Shown: positions 59,188 through 64,000 of the stretch, one piece after another
How positions within the stretch are numbered: the stretch's first letter is position 1
How the letters are laid out: the number at the start of each line of letters is the position of its first letter
NCBI GenBank assembly: GCA_965202585.1
Contig: OZ241827.1
Coordinates: 22,568,001-22,632,000 of the forward strand
Reading direction: 5' to 3'
Length of the DNA stretch: 64,000 nt
Origin: Thalia democratica
Taxonomy: Eukaryota
Translations under genes and position numbers: made by a program
Notes under the pieces: generated by a model
What the model was told of the DNA's origin: nothing
What the model saw: the letters and a program-made list of their open reading frames with translations, nothing else
Database searches by the model: none

Positions 59188-62100
59188 ATTTGAACTAAAT
59201 CTGCTTCCTAATTCTATATAACTTTGTTTCAATCATTACTAACATTCAATATACATGTTACACCGAGTTTCTGTGACTTTTATTGCCTTCAGCGTCGTTA
59301 AGTTTTATTAAATTTTATTGATTTACTAACTGATGGTTAATGTTTTATTTTTGTTCAAAATAGATTACATAAAAACAAAATTAATGTTCTTGCAGTACAA
59401 ATTGAATAGTTTAGGTGGCCTCATTTACATTGTGACGTAATTATTAGTTGTAACAAATGTATTTTTTTCGTTAGTTAACAACGGCAAATTTTGATTTAGT
59501 TATCTTTCCTATTAACGTAAGTTGTTTGTTTATATTATATTTTGTTGTGTAATTTAGCTTGCTTATTTATTTTAGACTTAATAATTACAAATATCATATA
59601 GTTTTATAACAGTCGGATTTAATGTTAAGTATTTCACCTATTAATAACTATTATCTGTAGAATATACCTTATTTTAATGAAAACGTATATACACCTACTT
59701 TATTCTATGCTTCTATTCTCTCATTACAGTAATTATTTTTTTACAGAACCCAGTTGAAGTGTGTTGATTCGTTGACACACAGAAACATATGTTGGTAGAA
59801 TAAAGGAAGATTACTGTATAATTTGTTTTTATATAATTTATATATTAATTAGGTTTAGGGGATATTTTCTTAAAGTGGATCTTCTTTAAAACATAACTTT
59901 TTTAATTTGGTTATGAAATTATAGTAAAATGAGATCTGAGCTCCACTCTTGTTCAGTAGTCTGCAAACTACAGCTCACCGGCTATATTCAGCATAAATAT
60001 ATAGCTCGCCACGTTTTTCTACGTTAAAAACTATTTGTAAAAAACAATCAATTATTGAGTAGTTTAAGTTGATCATTAAATTTTACAAAAAATATAGTGC
60101 TTACTAGATGATGTTGACACAACTTTGCGTCTTAGTTGTAATATATATATTTCTTGTAGTTTTTAAAAATTATAGCGGTCTGCAAAAGAATTATTTCAGA
60201 AGATACGGTCCATTACTTATAAAAGGCTACCAGTTCCTGCTCTAGATCTAAACTTTTAAAATAGGGTTATGTAAAACTAGAAAAAAAGTAAATATCAGTA
60301 AATAACATTTTTAATAATAAGTAATAAACCTCTAGCATGGTTTTATTTTGTGTTGAGAGCTACCAAAGCTTCAATTTTTTTCTATTTAGCATATATTATT
60401 GAACGATAAAAATATCTGCTCAAGAAGTTTGGTTCAAGAGCCTGGTGTACGAAAAAACTTTTCGGCTATCGAATCAAACACCAAGATACAGTTTAATGTC
60501 CAGGACAGTATGCCAATTTTTGCATGTTCAAATATTGATAATTCAATTTCTGACTAACTTTTAATTTCTCTTTTAAAAAACACTTTTAATTTTTGTCTAC
60601 AATCGTAATCTTATTAGTTCGACATTCTGATATATTTGTTAGAACTGAAATTATTTTTCATTACAGTCCTATTAACTTTTTTTAAACAAGCCATAGATTG
60701 CCGACCCTTGCTCAAAATGCAAGAGTGTCTACTAACAGTTCATTTTCAACTCATTTGCTACTTCTTCGTGCACTTTTTCGCTATATTTTACTTGAGCTGT
60801 ACTATTACAATCGAAAAAAAAAAGCTATCAAGTATTTTATTAATTTTAAAGAGTAAATTTAGTTTCTTTCTAAATTTACTTAAACTAAATATATATATGA
60901 TTGAAACTTTTTTTTGTTTTATAATTCTAGGCAGGCAAAACTTCCAAATTATGACTAATTTTCATGGCCACCTTCACTGTTTTAGTGAGCTCCTTAGCTG
61001 TGTTAATTGTCTACAAAAACAAGAAACTGCATACAATACTTTACTAATTTAACCTTTCCGGAATGTATACATATTTTTAACAGTTCTGCTGCACATTTTT
61101 TACTTGTTCTTTTACCGAATAATTTTAAAAGTATTGATTCTAAGAACCAAAAACTAGCACAATTTTTTTTTAGTGAAACGATAATAAATTTAAAACATTT
61201 TTTTTTCAATAACTTTAAAACGAATCAAGTTAACTAACAAACATATTTCGATTTTTTTGCTTTTCAGCTATATTTTCAATTTACTATTGTTAAGTAGCCA
61301 GCATAGAACATTTAATAGCCATAAAACAAACTTTATTTAAAAAAAAACATCAAATAGAAAGACTACATAACTTGTGTTTTAATATTATTTATTCATTTAA
61401 TTTTCATTTAGTGTTTGTACTAAAACAAAAAAAAGTTTTTTGTAGGTACCTTTTTTACATTTGTAATAATGAGACATTGTTAGATTATGCCTAATATTTT
61501 GTAATATTACTTATAATGCCTAACATATCAAAACTACATTTAGTAAGGAAATTAGGAACAAAATGTTTAATTGGATATCGACAATTGAATCAAAGACAAG
61601 AAATTGTACTAAAAAAGCCATGTTTGAAACAAAAGTAAGCACTGCTGCTAAAACTATATCTTTATTGGGTTCTTAGTTTTTACAATACCATTTGTTCCTT
61701 TTAATACTCAACTTTTTTTTAATATAATATAGATCTTTACAGGTACATAAACTTTAGTAGTTTTGAACTAGAAGGCAAAGAAAATTAGGACATATGTTTG
61801 GTAATCATGACAAACACAGACTTGCATGTTTTTTTATCACTTCATTCAAACTTTTAACAATTAAACCAGTAAGTACCATTGAAATATAACTAACATTTGT
61901 TTATAATAATTTTGCACTTATATTTGGAGTTTCTTAGAAGTACTAATTGATTAAAAAGACACCACTTGGATACAGTTTAGTGTCTTGTCCGGGACTAAAT
62001 GTACATTAATCTGACTAAATTATCAAAAAATAAACGTTACAAGTAAGTCATAGGCATGTAAAGTTTGACATAACATTTTTTTATCTCGCGATCATAATTC

Positions 62101-62638
62101 TAATTGAAATTATAAATCTTAGTTTTGCTAAATTATGTTAAATATATAAACCTATTAAGATTGCAGTAGTCTTATATTATGCTACTTAAAGTAGTTAAAA
62201 GTATTTAAAGACAATTAAACTGGTCTAAAACTTACAAATACAATCACAAACTTTTTTTTGATGAGAACTTAAGTTTCTTACTACAATAAGCTGGAGGTTA
62301 TTTTCAAACGGTCAACGTATACTACAAAAAAATTCCAAAATATTTTAAATCAAAAAGTAAAATATTAATTTTATGTGAACATTAATAAATAAAAAATTAC
62401 TGAACTACCGTAAACAAATAAAAGTGATTTTTATCTTTTTTAGTATTCTTTAATCTAAATATAACTTTTTAAAGAAATTGAACTACGGTCAACCTAAAAT
62501 TTTAACATATGAAACAAAAGGTAACAAGGCATTAAATCCTAAAGATCCAAACTGTAATAGTAGAATCAAAACAAATGTTTTTGTACGAAAATACTTTATT
62601 AGACTTACAATGCCTATAAAATATGAAAAGCTCTAAAG

Positions 62639-62963
62639 CAGCGATACCCTGGGGCAAATTCCCTTGTTGTAGGGGGTAAATTTTCTTTATCACAAGTTGT
62701 GTATATTAATGTTTATTAATTGTACTTTTAGTTTTTAAGTTAATGTTTAGCTGTATTTTTTTCAAGTTGAATAAACTCTTCAAGTTTTACGATTTCTTTT
62801 ATTTAACAAGCGTAAAGTTCAAAAAAAAAAGTTCTTTTCCTCAAAATTAAACATGGTTTTGTAAATTGGGGGTAAATTTGGTAATTATCTTCTAAAAAGG
62901 GGTAAATTTGGTAATATCCTTTCAAAAAGGGGTAAAACATGTAAAAAAGGTTAAGAACTGTTG
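62639..62963. mobile_element. hAT (Charlie-like) MITE with GGGGTAAA repeats; a second MITE starts immediately after at 62972
   Basis: Flanks are CTCTAAAG (62631-62638) and CTCTAGAG (62964-62971), with degenerate CAG...(C/T)TG termini. Then comes TAGGGGTGGGCAAC..GCGGGCCGG and a fragment of the TAGTGAT.TACCGGA family at ~63045. Confidence 0.6.
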
Positions 62964-64000
62964 CTCTAGAGTAGGGGTGGGCAACGTAAATAACTGACGG
63001 GCCGGATCCAAAAAAAAGTCCTTAGCGGGCCGGAGCATTTCGAGTAAGTGATCTACCGGATTCAGTTGGATCCTTTTTTAGATCCGGATCTTTATTCAAA
63101 AATGTTATCCGGATCAGGCTTAATATTAATTTTAGACAAGGTTTCGCATCCGAATAGGACTAATTTCAAAAGACTTGGATTCGGTTGATGTTAATTGATC
63201 TGGTGTTTTAAAATTTTGAATCAATTTATTAATTACCAAGGTTCTCAAGTACAAAGTTTTAAGTTAATTTTTATTATGTACTCATAATTCTATATTTATT
63301 ACAACTCTGGACCGAATTAATACTAGTTAGTTTTATAAAAACAATAATTTACTTACTAAAAGTTACTCGAGCCTAATATTTCAAACTAAAACATTAAAAC
63401 TTTTTAACTATTGGAAATTATCTAATATTGGTAATCCTTGGCTCGAGGCTACATTAATACTATTTTTCAGAAGTTAACTAACATTAAAATGTTAAACTAC
63501 TATCGTTTAATTTTTAAAAAAACTTGTAAAGATTCATTCAAAATTTTGTTAGATTGTAAACTATTATTACAAACATGCACAAATAAAATTCCTACACAAG
63601 TTATACTTAAAATTAATGAGATATTGTCATCAATTGGTCATCATTAAACTTAACCATTTAATTAGTCAAAAATTCCTTAATTAAAAATCAATAGCAGAAA
63701 CGAGTGCAAACTTTAGTCTCAACTTGGAATATTCTACAAAAATTTAAAGTTGTGCAGTTTAACTTAAACTAGATGTCAATGTTATTAAAAACTACTTTTT
63801 TCAACATTTATAAGAACAACTCACTACACATCTGGAAAAGACATCAATTTTTTACATTTCATTTTTTATGAAAATCATTATGATAGGTAAAATCATCAAA
63901 GTTAGTTCAGCAAACTATTTTTTTGGATAATTTGAGAAAGAATTAATTCAACTGACTTAAAACAGAACGAGGTACTAAAACAAAAAAGTTTTTTTATTAC

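Larger units (their letters stand above)
54953..59833 (+). mobile_element. Young 5'-truncated Penelope-like element with ~1-kb inverted terminal repeats (inverted pLTR-type structure)
   Basis: The left arm 54953-55966 is the reverse complement of 57038-57414 plus 59196-59833 (only isolated mismatches seen). The arms enclose a GIY-YIG frame and there is no RT. Confidence 0.8.

Noticed and set aside
60636-63647. Short track ORFs at 60636, 61003, 61007 and 63438 (and similar at 2526, 2597, 5768, 7163, 7483, 16723, 30114, 30526, 44762, 47272, 52199, 52836, 53435)
   Set aside because: They have F/L/I/K/N-biased composition expected by chance in ~25% GC DNA or MITE interiors, mostly non-ATG starts, and no recognisable motifs.

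Overview
This is very AT-rich (roughly 25% GC by eye), intron-rich animal genomic DNA. I cannot name the species from the sequence alone. There are four host-gene units. (1) A complete 15-coding-exon BMP/activin type I receptor of the ALK1/ALK2 (ACVR1/saxophone) class on + (37439-50608, about 581 aa), with a Tyr/acidic N-terminal insert and a Ser-rich repeat C-terminal tail. (2) A 527-aa single-exon ORF on - (3185-4768, weak FAAP100/FANCB-like architecture). (3) The first exon of a WW-domain gene on - (2892-3014), only about 160 nt downstream of (2), an operon-like arrangement. (4) An intronless 682-aa orphan ORF on - (21101-23149). The orphan sits inside a roughly 18-kb imperfect inverted duplication (arms about 14.5-21.3 kb and 26.5-32.8 kb) with a third partial copy at about 33.9-36.0 kb and scraps at 60-62 kb. 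These segments carry many silent, shuffled copies of the orphan's 3' end. Next to them lies an internally deleted, intronless Ariadne (RBR E3 ligase) pseudogene. Mobile DNA includes decayed maT/Tc1-mariner, CR1/L2 LINE and Penelope-like relics, and several MITE families. There is also a very young Penelope-like GIY-YIG fragment between ~1-kb inverted repeats, one arm of which is split by a composite hAT insertion with a perfect 8-bp TSD. The most notable signals are the orphan ORF plus cassette array, a perfect GRCGNC-N5-GTCTG Smad element inside an intron of the BMP receptor itself, and the operon/trans-splicing-like 5' ends. All homology calls are by-eye recognition, not database searches. 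I saw no tRNA, rRNA or CRISPR.
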